Of a DNA stretch of 29,150 nt, positions 1 through 10,095 are shown piece after piece; the first letter of the stretch is position 1, and every line of letters starts with the position of its first letter. Position numbers and translations under genes: made by a program. The stretch is from Tubiluchus corallicola (Eukaryota > Animalia > Priapulida), in the NCBI GenBank assembly GCA_030141605.1, contig JAQGDQ010000490.1, positions 1 through 29,150 of the forward strand. The letters run 5' to 3'. The notes under the pieces are model-generated. The model worked only from the letters and a program-made list of their open reading frames with translations, made no database searches and was not told the DNA's origin.

Positions 1-18
1 TTCTGGTGAAAAGTCGGG

Positions 19-361
19 GTGTGTATCTGACCAGTAGATGTGAAGCAGCAAGTTTAGAATGATGCATATTGCAAAAGTCAGTGTGTATCTGACCAGTAGA
101 CGTGAAACAGCAAGTTTAGAATGATGCATATCGCAAAAGTCAGTGTGTATCTGACCAGTAGATGTGAAGCAGCAAGTTTAGAATGATGCATATTGCAAAA
201 GTCAGTGTGTATCTGACCAGTAGACGTGAAACAGCAAGTTTAGAATGATGCATATCGCAAAAGTCAGTGTGTATCTGACCAGTAGACGTGAAACAGCAAG
301 TTTAGAACGATGCATATCGCAAAGGTCAGTGTGTATCTGACCAGTAGACGTGAAACAGCAG
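19..361. repeat. 62-bp minisatellite, ~5.5 copies (truncated at window start)
   Basis: GTCAGTGTGTATCTGACCAGTAGA recurs at 77, 139, 201, 263 and 325 (period 62), with no spacers. Confidence 0.97.
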
Positions 362-532
362 CAGAAACTTTCAGAGGAACCCGATTGGCAGGGTTCAAGG
401 GATCACAAAATTCTTCCCTTGTAATTTCCTCATCTTCATGTGTTTTAAACGGCACAGCACAATCGACTACTGATTTGGCCCAATTGACCGATTTCAACCA
501 TTCCAGACTGCAACCGCAATACAGGCTGCTTT
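264..532 (-). CDS. Terminal exon of an LRR surface protein (LRRCT cap + hydrophobic C-terminal tail), mirror copy
   Basis: Mirror of 6432-6700. Acceptor TTTTAG, then (E)SSLYCGCSLEWLKSVNWAKSVVDCAVP...EEFC...RYTLTFAICIVLNLLF. Confidence 0.72.
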
Positions 533-682
533 CTAAAAGTAGATAAAAAACTTGTTCAGGGAATTTTTTTATTATTATAGTTATTAATATGGATATGCCG
601 AAGTTGCATTTTCAGCGTTCGCCTAGGGATATTTCATTAGTAATCACAGGTATTACGTTTTAACTATTTAAAGACAGTAGAT

Positions 683-1183
683 CAGGGGTGTGCAAATTAT
701 CTGACTAGCCGGGCCACATTAAACTTTCTCACAATTCCTGCGGGCCAAAGGCAGTTTGATCAAGGAGCCAAGTACAGTAGGACCTAATAACGATTTTTTT
801 GCATCCGACCTACGTACATCATTACTACTACACTCAAGAAACTATTTTAGAAGTTACTAAAATTTATATTACAAACCATATATTTCTACTTTCAGGACAG
901 ATAGTGGTAATTTCATTACAATGCATATTAGTAATGTGTATCACACAGTCTGTGTAGTACAGTGACATTAAGCTACAACCGTCTTGTAACGGTTAATGGC
1001 ATCCGATCTAGTAGAAAAAACTACCTGCACTATCTTTGGGATTGTGGCGCAGACTTCAGCTGGATACAATCAATTAATCGCTAGGGCCCGCACTTTCAAT
1101 AGGTTGACAAATCTCTTCGCGGGCCGCACAAATTCTCTTGGCGGGCCATAAGTGGCCCGCAGACCGCAATTTGCACACCCCTG
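683..1183. mobile_element. Non-autonomous hAT-type MITE (501 bp)
   Basis: TIRs CAGGGGTGTGCAAATT / AATTTGCACACCCCTG; degenerate 8-bp TSD CAGTAGAT/CAGTACAA; GGCCCGC subterminal motifs; related copy at 11607-14276. Confidence 0.9.
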
Positions 1184-2165
1184 CAGTACAATATATAAAG
1201 CACACAGTGACATCAAAATTATTACATCTATTATATTAAATTGTTATGTTTCATACACTATCGTTATCATAAAATAATAATTATACTGCAGTGGGCTAAA
1301 GAAGCAAAGACTTGTATAAGCCCACTGTCATGTGAACCCGATAAAAAAAGAATGGATGAGTGAACAAAAAAAAAGCACTGGGAGAAAGGTTAGGTCACAC
1401 AGGAAGGGTAGAAGGATGTGTTAGTGGAAATGGTAGGAAGAAAGATAATAGATTATAAAGATTTTACGACGACTTAGGCTGATAATTCTGTCCGGCTCAT
1501 CTCTATTATGAATTTATGTTTTTTATGTGATGAGAAAATTAAACAAATTTGCTTGTGCTGTATTAGAAACACCATTAACCTAGTTTCTACGTGGTCATTA
1601 TCAATTACATGTATTGCCTAGCGCTTATTTTCAAGCGGGTTGCTCAACTGCTTGTTGTGTAATACCTTCCACCTGTTCGTTATGTGGCACTTATATAAGA
1701 ACTGTTCTCAGCAACTGCCTGTGATGTGTTATAAAATGTGCTCTTGAACATGAACGTGAATGCATACACATTTTCCGAGGAGAATAAGAATTTTTACTAA
1801 AATGTGATGCCCTCAAATTCGCCGCCTAGGGCTATAGCCTAGTTAGCCTATTGGTTAATATGCCCCTGAACTTGTTTATTAATTATGGTGACATATAAAG
1901 TTTGACTACATTATACGTCAGCACCCTGAGAAATGGACAGACTTTCCATATAAGACCACCAAATGTTGGAAAACTTCTAATGTTCTAGCATGCCAAGTGA
2001 AACACTCGCGAATTCAAGGGGTTACAGGAGCCTAACAAGGACTTCTTCTATATCCCTCTCATTACTGCTCTACCTCCAAGCCTGCCACGCCACCAAATAG
2101 CCCTAAGCAGAGATAAACACACGTAGGTCTCTCCCGGTAATAAGAATGTTTGGTCGATTGGGCTG

Positions 2166-2548
2166 TGTGGAAATTGTAACTGTATATTTTAGGTGCTGCC
2201 ATCTATTAACTAATCCCTTTACATTTACAAGCTAAACTCACCCCTAGTATAATTGTTCGGTCCAGTGAATATGCATACTCACTGGATCTCTCCCTATTTT
2301 ACAGTAATGGTTTTTGTGAAACCAAGTTTGCATAATTACCTATACCTATATATACTGACTGGATTCTACTTCTAGTTACTGTCAACTCTCAGTGATCACT
2401 GCTCGACACTCTTGTTCTCAGTGTTCAGTCATTCTACATATGTGTATGTAGTCTAATAAACGCTTTTCAGTTTGTGCAGATATGTAGTATAGTGTTTTAT
2501 TCGTTTTCGACAAAGTTTTCAACTACAACCTCATACATGACTTTCACA
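2166..2548 (+). mobile_element. Solo LTR (~383 bp)
   Basis: Termini TGTGGAAA...TTTCACA; TATA-like CCTATATATA near 2346; AATAAA at 2455; diverged homologue at 15285-15674. No canonical short TSD is visible. Confidence 0.7.
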
Positions 2549-2658
2549 AAGCCTGCCACGCCACCAAATTACCAAACCCGCTAAACTGCCAAACTGCCAA
2601 ATCTGCCAAACATGCCAAATCCCAAACCAAACTCGCCAAAGCCAACTGAGTAAATCAT

Positions 2659-4313
2659 AGCTAATCACATTGTTAGTTAGTGAGTAATCAGTCGGTATAT
2701 GCGTGTGTGCATGTGTTCGTTTTCAGTCATTCGCTTGTTTACTGTAAATAACTGTAAATAACTGTAATAAGCGTGATATATATACATATATTTTAATCAT
2801 GAATTTTAAACGAGAAATTTTAAGTTTTACTCAAAATAAACGAATATTGTGTAAAGAATGTATAAACTCAAGACAGATGTGTGTCCAGTGCCAATCTCTG
2901 GTACACTGAAACGTGTATGCACGTCTTGCTGCGTAATAATATCTCAAAATCGGATCGAAAATAACTCGTGCGTAAATTTTTGCTATTCTGCTTCTATTTT
3001 ACAGTATTCATCTGTGAGAAAGTGCACACGTTCAGATACTAGAGATTTATACTACAAGTTTCAGTACTCTCCTACTTTATTACGTGTACTCCCCTACCTA
3101 ATTAAAAATAATTGTAACCATGATTATTTTCTAACAGTATTGAAAATGTTGCTTATAATTGGTTGTACTGAAACTAATCCAGGTCCCTTAAATCAAACCC
3201 CCACACAAAACCACATGGATCTAGAGCTGGCAGATTTTATGCAAAAACATAAAAAGAATTTGAAATTTCTATGTATCAATATACAAAGTCTGACAAAAAA
3301 ACATGCATTGCTTAAAGACACAGTTCGTTCATCTGAAAATTTAGTCGTTGGAATAACCGAAACTTGGCTACACAAACAAATACCTAGTGCCTCCATACAA
3401 CTGCCTCATCATACACTCATACGTCGAGACCGTCCCACACATAAACGTGGAGGAGGGGTTGCAATGTACATCCCAAAACACATGTCATTTAACGAAGCCA
3501 AAGGAATTAAAACTAACAAAATAGAATCAATTTGGTACAATATCGGAAACTACATTGTAGGTGTCATTTATAAGCCACCAAATCAAAAATATAAGACTTT
3601 TCTAAAACATTTTGAAATTGAACTTGAACGTGCTGTACTTGAAAATCAACTAGTTTTATTAATGGGGGATTTTAATATCGATATTAATGCAACAAATGCT
3701 GCTCAGTGCAAAAAGTATAAAGAAGTCTTGGACCAATATAACACGCAAATACTAAACGCAAGTAATAAACCCACAAGAATCACTAAAACATCATCTACTA
3801 CCATAGACCACTTTATCTCAAACGCTAAAGACAATTTCCAAGTACAAGAAATCTTCTCGTGTGATTATTCTGATCATGATTTTATAATAATAGTAGACAA
3901 AACAAAACCAACCAAAAACAATACAGGCACAGTCTGGAAAACAGTCAGAGATTATTCTACATATAATAAAGATATATTTCAAGATACTTTAACCAAATTG
4001 GACTGGAGTAATATTTACACAATGACTGACATTGACATGCAAATAAACACATTAATAAATAATATGGAATACTGCCTGGATATCTATGCACCGTATAAAA
4101 AAATTGAAATACATCAGCAGCAATTTAATGCAAAATCTGCCTGCCCTTGGGCGGATACAGAACTCGCAAAACTAAGACACAATAAAAATGAATTATATAG
4201 AACATATTTACATTTAAAAGGTAAAATCAATTACAATAATTACAAAAAGGCACGAAATAAATTTAATAGCTACAACAGGAAACTCAAAAATAAATATTAT
4301 ATTAATAAATGCA
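2659..4313 (+). mobile_element. 5' half of an APE-type non-LTR retrotransposon (CR1/L2-group-like), 3'-truncated before the RT; forms the palindrome loop
   Basis: Unique spacer between the arms: putative 5'UTR (TAACTGTAAA x3 near 2740-2768), APE ORF, and the linker motifs LDWS / APYK / PW / YKKARN typical of CR1/L2-group ORF2. It breaks off at YYINKCN. Confidence 0.88.
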
Positions 4314-4420
4314 ATGATTTACTCAGTTGGCTTTGGCGAGTTTGGTTTGGGATTTGGCATGTTTGGCAGATTTGGCAGTTTAGCGGGTTTGGTAATTTGG
4401 TGGCGTGGCAGGCTTTGTGA
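2858..4420 (+). CDS. LINE-derived APE (EEP-family) endonuclease with a 2A-like motif; the C-terminal ~35 aa are read-through into the right arm
   Basis: Motifs CINIQSL, GITETWL, RRDR..RGGGVAMYI, IYKPP, MGDFNID, PTRIT..SSTTIDHF and SDHDFI are all present; upstream LLIIGCTETNPGP; no RT motifs. The true start codon is uncertain. Confidence 0.88.
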   Translation: MYKLKTDVCPVPISGTLKRVCTSCCVIISQNRIENNSCVNFCYSASILQYSSVRKCTRSDTRDLYYKFQYSPTLLRVLPYLIKNNCNHDYFLTVLKMLLIIGCTETNPGPLNQTPTQNHMDLELADFMQKHKKNLKFLCINIQSLTKKHALLKDTVRSSENLVVGITETWLHKQIPSASIQLPHHTLIRRDRPTHKRGGGVAMYIPKHMSFNEAKGIKTNKIESIWYNIGNYIVGVIYKPPNQKYKTFLKHFEIELERAVLENQLVLLMGDFNIDINATNAAQCKKYKEVLDQYNTQILNASNKPTRITKTSSTTIDHFISNAKDNFQVQEIFSCDYSDHDFIIIVDKTKPTKNNTGTVWKTVRDYSTYNKDIFQDTLTKLDWSNIYTMTDIDMQINTLINNMEYCLDIYAPYKKIEIHQQQFNAKSACPWADTELAKLRHNKNELYRTYLHLKGKINYNNYKKARNKFNSYNRKLKNKYYINKCNDLLSWLWRVWFGIWHVWQIWQFSGFGNLVAWQAL

Positions 4421-4799
4421 AAGTCATGTATGAGGTTGTAGTTGAAAACTTTGTCGAAAACGAATAAAACACTATACTACATATCTGCACAAACTGAAAA
4501 GCGTTTATTAGACTACATACACATATGTAGAATGACTGAACACTGAGAACAAGAGTGTCGTGCACTGATCACTGAGAGTTGACAGTAACTAGAAGTAGAA
4601 TCCAGTCAGTATATATAGGTATAGGTAATTATGCAAACTTGGTTTCACAAAAAACCATTACTGTAAAATAGGGAGAGATCCAGTGAGTATGCATATTCAC
4701 TGGACCGAACAATTATACTAGGGGTGAGTTTAGCTTGTAAATGTAAAGGGATTAGTTAATAGATGGCAGCACCTAAAATATACAGTTACAATTTCCACA
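4416..4799 (-). mobile_element. Solo LTR, mirror copy
   Basis: Reverse complement of 2166-2548. Confidence 0.7.
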
Positions 4800-5780
4800 C
4801 AGCCCAATCGACCAAACATTCTTATTACCGGGAGAGACCTACGTGTGTTTATCTCTGCTTAGGGCTATTTGGTGGCGTGGCAGGCTTGGAGGTAGAGCAG
4901 TAATGAGAGGGATATAGAAGAAGTCCTTGTTAGGCTCCTGTAACCCCTTGAATTCGCGAGTGTTTCACTTGGCATGCTAGAACATTAGAAGTTTTCCAAC
5001 ATTTGGTGGTCTTATATGGAAAGTCTGTCCATTTCTCAGGGTGCTGACGTATAATGTAGTCAAACTTTATATGTCACCATAATTAATAAACAAGTTCAGG
5101 GGCATATTAACCAATAAGCTAACTAGGCTATAGCCCTAGGCGGCGAATTTGAGGGCATCACATTTTAGTAAAAATTCTTATTCTCCTCGGAAAATGTGTA
5201 TGCATTCACGTTCATGTTCAAGAGCACATTTTATAACACATCACAGGCAGTTGCTGAGAACAGTTCTTATATAAGTGCCACATAACGAACAGGTGGAAGG
5301 TATTACACAACAAGCAGTTGAGCAACCCGCTTGAAAATAAGCGCTAGGCAATACATGTAATTGATAATGACCACGTAGAAACTAGGTTAATGGTGTTTCT
5401 AATACAGCACAAGCAAATTTGTTTAATTTTCTCATCACATAAAAAACATAAATTCATAATAGAGATGAGCCGGACAGAATTATCAGCCTAAGTCGTCGTA
5501 AAATCTTTATAATCTATTATCTTTCTTCCTACCATTTCCACTAACACATCCTTCTACCCTTCCTGTGTGACCTAACCTTTCTCCCAGTGCTTTTTTTTGT
5601 TCACTCATCCATTCTTTTTTTATCGGGTTCACATGACAGTGGGCTTATGCAAGTCTTTGCTTCTTTAGCCCACTGCAGTATAATTATTATTTTATGATAA
5701 CGATAGTGTATGAAACATAACAATTTAATATAATAGATGTAATAATTTTGATGTCACTGTGTGCTTTATATATTGTACTG

Positions 5781-6281
5781 CAGGGGTGTGCAAATTGCGG
5801 TCTGCGGGCCACTTATGGCCCGCCAAGAGAATTTGTGCGGCCCGCGAAGAGATTTGTCAACCTATTGAAAGTGCGGGCCCTAGCGATTAATTGATTGTAT
5901 CCAGCTGAAGTCTGCGCCACAATCCCAAAGATAGTGCAGGTAGTTTTTTCTACTAGATCGGATGCCATTAACCGTTACAAGACGGTTGTAGCTTAATGTC
6001 ACTGTACTACACAGACTGTGTGATACACATTACTAATATGCATTGTAATGAAATTACCACTATCTGTCCTGAAAGTAGAAATATATGGTTTGTAATATAA
6101 ATTTTAGTAACTTCTAAAATAGTTTCTTGAGTGTAGTAGTAATGATGTACGTAGGTCGGATGCAAAAAAATCGTTATTAGGTCCTACTGTACTTGGCTCC
6201 TTGATCAAACTGCCTTTGGCCCGCAGGAATTGTGAGAAAGTTTAATGTGGCCCGGCTAGTCAGATAATTTGCACACCCCTG
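5781..6281. mobile_element. hAT-type MITE, mirror copy
   Basis: Same TIRs; reverse complement of 683-1183. Confidence 0.9.
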
Positions 6282-6431
6282 ATCTACTGTCTTTAAATAG
6301 TTAAAACGTAATACCTGTGATTACTAATGAAATATCCCTAGGCGAACGCTGAAAATGCAACTTCGGCATATCCATATTAATAACTATAATAATAAAAAAA
6401 TTCCCTGAACAAGTTTTTTATCTACTTTTAG

Positions 6432-6700
6432 AAAGCAGCCTGTATTGCGGTTGCAGTCTGGAATGGTTGAAATCGGTCAATTGGGCCAAATCAGTAGTCG
6501 ATTGTGCTGTGCCGTTTAAAACACATGAAGATGAGGAAATTACAAGGGAAGAATTTTGTGATCCCTTGAACCCTGCCAATCGGGTTCCTCTGAAAGTTTC
6601 TGCTGCTGTTTCACGTCTACTGGTCAGATACACACTGACCTTTGCGATATGCATCGTTCTAAACTTGCTGTTTCACGTCTACTGGTCAGATACACACTGA
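6432..6700 (+). CDS. Terminal exon of an LRR surface protein (LRRCT cap + hydrophobic TM/GPI-like tail)
   Basis: Pyrimidine-rich acceptor TTTTTTATCTACTTTTAG ending at 6431, phase 1. Translation xSSLYCGCSLEWLK..(C)AVP..(C) fits the LRRCT pattern CxCxLxWL..C..C, followed by hydrophobic LLVRYTLTFAICIVLNLLF and TGA. Confidence 0.75.
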
Positions 6701-7164
6701 CTTTTGCGATATGCATCATTCTAAACTTGCTGTTTCACGTCTACTGGTCAGATACACACTGACTTTTGCAATATGCATCATTCTAAACTTGCTGCTTCAC
6801 ATTTACTGGTCAGATACACACTGACTTTTGCGATATGCATCATTCTAAACTTGCTGTTTCACGTCTACTGGTCAGATACACACTGACTTTTGCAATATGC
6901 ATCATTCTAAACTTGCTGCTTCACATCTACTGGTCAGATACACACTGACTTTTGCAATATGCATCATTCTAAACTTGCTGCTCCACATCTACTGGTCAGA
7001 TACGCACTGACTTTTGCAATATGCATCATTCTAAACTTGCTGCTTCACATCTACTGGTCAGATACACACTGACTTTTGCAATATGCATCATTCTAAACTT
7101 GCTGCTTCACATCTACTGGTCAGATACGCACTGACTTTTGCGATATGCATCATTCTAAACTTGC
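6603..7164. repeat. 62-bp minisatellite, ~9 copies
   Basis: TACTGGTCAGATAC recurs every 62 bp from ~6618 to ~7114. Confidence 0.97.
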
Positions 7165-7548
7165 CGCAATTATTTGTAAACTCTCTGTATTTTTTCAATA
7201 TCTTATGAATTTAGCCATTATTGTGACAAAGCGGCCTACCACATATCCAATATGGCTGCCAGGAAACGTCTGCCAAACACCATCAGCTCCTATGTCTCCA
7301 ACAACTGACAATTGACTCCTCTAGACGGTACTGCAGTGGATAATGACATTAAGCAACCAAACTGGAACTCAGTCTCCATAAGAGGAAGAGTTTAATGACA
7401 AGCATTCTGTGCGTCAAACAACAGAGGTGTTCCATCCTGGATGGCTTCCACTGGTATTACCATCAAGAAACACAATCGGAGGTTATGTAAACATATTATA
7501 AAAATAAATCGACTTTTATCGTATAAGTGAATTAAAGTGTTGAAAATT

Positions 7549-7551
<3 letters not shown>

Positions 7552-7633
<82 letters not shown>

Positions 7634-7740
7634 TCGTGAGAGAGAGTCGTGAGAGAGAGAGAGAGAGAGATGGAGAGAGACAGAGGGGGAGACAGAGGGA
7701 GAGACAGAGGGAGAGACAGAGGGAGAGAGAGAGGGAGAGA

Positions 7741-7820
<80 letters not shown>
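7552..7820. repeat. (GA)n microsatellite with interruptions
   Basis: Read directly from the sequence. Confidence 0.98.
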
Positions 7821-7824
<4 letters not shown>

Positions 7825-8537
7825 TATTATAATTCTTTATTCAAAATTTAAAATTGTACGCATATACAAATATTTACATAAAATACATATAAACAAGTTT
7901 TTTTCCAAAGCCTCTCTAACCAATAACCAAATTGCCCATGAGGTGGCTTTCACTTTCGAGGCATACACACATGTTTAAAACTGGCAACATGCTATCAACA
8001 AAATTTGCTCTTTTTACTTTGAGCTACAAAACCAGATAGACCACGAAACTAGGCCAATACCTGGCCATCTGAATCTAATTCATATGATAACTCAATCAAT
8101 TATTCGCCAAAGTTCGTTTTCCTAAATCTATTCATAACAACGTTGCTAACAGAGGGAAACTCGAAAAAAAGCCTAACAAACCTATACCAAACAAACACAT
8201 TAGCTGTTTGTTATAAATAACTTTGACCCGCAATTAAAAATTTCAGTTTTCCTTTCTGATAGTTCTCTACTAAGTTACGAGCAGAACATTAGACCTGGTA
8301 CATCAATATATTGGTTCATCTAACCGTTTTAGTTATCTTAATTAATTGGAATAGTTATGTATATTATTTGATAGATTTATTTTTCCTGTTAAACTGCACT
8401 CCTGTAAATTTTGCAGCCTGTGGCAACTAGATCAGCATTTGTTTGCTGTTTGCTAAAGACAATTATTCAAATAAATGTTTATAAAAAAGCACAGAGAGGG
8501 CGTTGTGACTGGCACAAACCAAACCATTTTTAACGCG

Positions 8538-8561
8538 CCGACGACGACGACGATGATGATA

Positions 8562-8592
<31 letters not shown>

Positions 8593-8611
8593 CGAAGACG
8601 ACGGTGATGAT
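8538..8611. repeat. (GAC)n(GAT)n microsatellite
   Basis: Read directly from the sequence. Confidence 0.95.
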
Positions 8612-9306
8612 TATAGATTTTAGTTTTGTGTTAAAAATTTAAAGCACGAGAAAGATACAGTTTTCAGGAAGCACATAATTGTTATTTGGTATTTTGCATT
8701 AAAACACAACAAATTGGATGTTTGTTCGTTTGTTCAATCAGTAAATCTTGACAAATACGTCGCCTAAATATACGTTCATTTGAAAAACAGTTGAAATGTT
8801 GGTTAAAAAAAGTAACAACTCTAGAAAATTCTTCAAGGCCATGCGATTAATAAAAATAAATCGACTTTTATCGTATAAGTGAATTAAAGTGTTAAAAAAT
8901 ATTGAAAAGGCACCTCCGGAGGAGAGATTGCTCCGTTGCTCCCCCGTTAGCTACCACCCACTGCATACTTTCATTTTCACCTATTTCTGCTTCATTATAA
9001 TATCTAAGCTGAGTAAATATTAGAAAAATCTCAGAACACTCGGTTGCTTGCTGACATGCTTTTACTGCTTGATGACGTAATGGTCATGTGACATTAAACA
9101 ATGATGAAGTTGAAAGTCAATTCAAGTCCGTACATGAGGTGACTATTGAGGTCACAAACATTCTTGGTTAATTATCAGCTAAAGGTGAATAAGTTGCGCA
9201 ATTGTGTCTTGGTGGTTAATACAGTCTGGAAGCCTTCAGGCTCTTGTCATGGGCTGATTAATTTTGTCATTCTCTGGTGGCATTCGTTAAAATGTTTGGT
9301 CCACGT

Positions 9307-9694
9307 TAGGGGTGGGCATCGAACGAGGTTTTTTATTTCGAACTCGATTCGAATCCAAAACTATAGATTCGAATAATTCAGCACTTCAATCACACGTGTT
9401 CTTTATCACTAAAACGATTGAAACATCATGCAATTAGCATAATTTAGCTGTGATGTTTGTGCACAATTTTAAACAAATTACTAGCCACTTTATTGCAGAA
9501 TAAAGTCTAGTGATATGCATGATCTTTGTAGGACTAATTTTTACTGGTGATTCGAAAACTTGTTCGAAAATCTGGCAGTCTCAGTTCGAATTCGGTTCGA
9601 ACTCGAAACACTGAAGTTCCGTTCGATTCGAGTTCGAAAGTCACAAATTCGGTTCGATTCGAATTCGCTTTCTTGTAGAGAATGCTCACCCCTA
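9307..9694. mobile_element. hAT (Ac-like) MITE with TTCGAA-rich subterminal repeats
   Basis: TIRs TAGGGGTGGGCAT / ATGCTCACCCCTA; 8-bp TSD GTCCACGT/GTCTACGT (7/8); clustered TTCGA(A) motifs near both ends. Confidence 0.85.
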
Positions 9695-9775
9695 GTCTAC
9701 GTGCCCCTAAATGGATTCTGCTGAAATCTAATCTGTGGTGTACGGGCACTAAAGTGATTAAGGGCAAGAAAACGC

Positions 9776-10095
<320 letters not shown>

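Larger units (their letters stand above)
19..2658. repeat. Left arm of a ~2.64-kb inverted repeat
   Basis: Reverse complement of 4314-~6945. Mirror positions sum to ~6964 (MITE 683/6281; ORF 264-497 vs 6467-6700). The inner end CTGAGTAAATCAT pairs with ATGATTTACTCAG at 4314. The outer end is limited by the window start. Confidence 0.97.
4314..6945. repeat. Right arm of the ~2.64-kb inverted repeat
   Basis: Reverse complement of 19-2658 with only a few differences seen by eye. Confidence 0.97.

Noticed and set aside
1-18. Divergent first 18 bases as a real terminus or telomere
   Set aside because: Looks like a corrupted repeat unit at a window/contig edge; uninterpretable.
19-361. 62-bp and 31-bp arrays as CRISPR arrays
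   Set aside because: Units are contiguous with no unique spacers; no cas genes; eukaryotic context.
310-546. 78-aa ORF MHIAKVSV (and mirror 6418-6654)
   Set aside because: Antisense shadow of the LRRCT exon; starts inside the minisatellite; no motif.
1288-1327. Hairpin CAGTGGGCT...AGCCCACTG as an ncRNA or terminator
   Set aside because: More likely the 3'-UTR stem-loop of a decayed retroposon; no further support.
19-6945. Palindrome as a Foldback/Polinton/DIRS-type element with giant TIRs
   Set aside because: The arms contain host exon/intron sequence and nested old TEs; no transposase, integrase or recombinase; no definable terminus or TSD. Would be reconsidered if the whole unit is multi-copy.
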